Assembly: GCA_013239625.1 (NCBI GenBank)
Contig: MU056116.1
Coordinates: 124,001 to 188,000 of the forward strand
Source of the DNA: Lama guanicoe
Taxonomy: Eukaryota
DNA length: 64,000 nt
Direction: 5' to 3'
Made by a program: the position numbers and the translations under genes. This document shows positions 62,520 through 64,000 of the stretch, piece by piece. Below the pieces are notes generated by a model. It made no database searches. It was not told the origin of the DNA and saw nothing but the letters and a program-made list of their open reading frames with translations. Within the stretch, counting starts at the first letter, position 1, and the number at the start of each line of letters is the position of its first letter.

Positions 62520-63774
62520 CGCTCCCTGAGGTGACACAGAGCCGTCTTCTCAGCCGCTCACCCTCAGTCTGCTCAGCCGAGTGGCCTCCTGCCTTCCAGC
62601 GAACTTTCTCCTCAGCTCTCTCTCCTGCCACGTCTGATGCAGCTGCAACTCCCAGGGGCAAGTGGGAGTCGAGCCCCCCACACTGCTGGAACATTCTCTC
62701 CTAAGACCCCAACTGCCAGGCCCCAGCCTGACCACTGCTCACATCACTCACCTCACACTCCTGAAGGCTGAGTCTGGTGCCGGCGGGTGACCACACCTGC
62801 GGACCCCCGAGTATAAAAGTCTTGCTACGCCCCCTCAGGAGCCTTGCAGGGGCATTTCCCAGTGGTAACCAAACAACTGGGGTTTTGAAACAAACTACTT
62901 TCACAAAGATACCGGAGCTCTCTGAACACGTCGGTTCACTGAGCAGACTCTGGACCAGCAGAAAGCAGGAGGGGAGGACAAAGTGGACCAGTGCCCCCTG
63001 AGCTGTGGGGGATGCAGGGAGGCCCTTCTCCCCTCGGGCTCCACCTCAGGAGCTCCGAAGCCACAACGTCAGGTTCCTTCTGCAGCAGGACATGCGCCAA
63101 ATGAAAACATACTTAGTAACACGGACAGACACCCCTGCGGAGTCACAGCACTGAAACCGAATGCAGAAGCAAAACCTCGAACAGAAATTTCCAGCAGCTG
63201 GTATTAGCTGTGTGGAGAGCAGCTGACGATGAGAAATAAGGCTGCGGGGGGTTGGGGGCGCTCAGGGTCCCCAGGGACACGGTGCTGGAGGGGCAGGAGC
63301 GCACAGCTCCGGATACAAGGATGCGCCTCCCGGCTGTTGGAGGAGAAAGGGGGCGGGGAGAGCAGAGGCCAGGAGGCCAGACAGCCCACTGACTGGCATT
63401 TAGGGTTTTCAAGTGTCTTCTGGCACCAACTGAATCCCACCTTCACTGATTCATCAAGACACAAAATTCTGGAAAGAGACTGGGGGAGAAAAGGCTGCTG
63501 TGGGAACATGTGTTGTGAGCAGACAAGCTCGTCCTCTGTCGCCCAGGAGATGAGCGGGTCATTTCCCTATGCTGACAAAGATGAAGACACTGCAGGCTGG
63601 CCCGCCCAGCATCCTGCCGCCAGCCCCACAGCCTGGTTCTGCTGCCGCAGGCCCAAGAGGTGCTCTGGTGTGGTCCGTGGTTTCCTCACCTGGCCCTTTA
63701 CCACCAGTGTCTTTCTCCTCTTCACCTGTAGCTGGGACTCAACTGAAGTGATGGCATCAAACAAAGAATAAAAC

Positions 63775-63930
63775 ATGGGTTTTGGAGTCAGATCTGAGTG
63801 TAAACACAGCTCTAGCTGTGTGCTCTTGGACAAGCTACTTAACCTCTCTGAGCCTCTATGTGCATCACCTGCAGCAGGAAGACAGTAAAATCTGGTTCAT
63901 CAGGTGTGCACACAGTAGGTGCTCAATGCC
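63775..63930 (+). mobile_element. MIR
   Basis: tttggagtcagatctg...cttggacaagctacttaacctctctgagcctc...cacagtaggtgctcaat. Confidence 0.75.
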
Positions 63931-64000
63931 TCGTCAAGGTGCCCTGGGGTTGGCAAGGCCATGGATGCGCTGCTTCCCAGGGCTGCTGTGACGAATCACT

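Noticed and set aside
48362-64000. SH3BP4 promoter or upstream non-coding exons
   Set aside because: No convincing promoter CpG island or exon could be delimited from sequence alone. They probably lie beyond the window.

Overview
Mammalian, GC-rich genomic window. The repeats (tRNA-derived Vic-1-like SINEs, cetartiodactyl-type L1 3' tails, no Alu/B1/Bov-tA/PRE seen) suggest a camelid. The only gene I can support is SH3BP4 on the minus strand. It has four coding exons (48233-48116, 43778-41416, 34423-34235, 33435-33205) with GT-AG introns, giving a 966-aa protein and a ~1.8-kb 3'UTR ending near 31395. The promoter and upstream non-coding exon(s) are presumably right of the window. Positions 1-31,000 are downstream intergenic DNA with L1, L2, MIR, MaLR and hAT relics, a 20/21-bp minisatellite and a 142-N gap. 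I found no new biological system. The best leads are regulatory: two 3-codon uORFs, tandem polyA signals flanking a miR-125 seed site, a cluster of five CACGTG E-boxes, several RFX X-boxes, a minisatellite inside an LTR, and small indels in SH3BP4. Repeat family names and human-protein comparisons are from memory, not from database searches.
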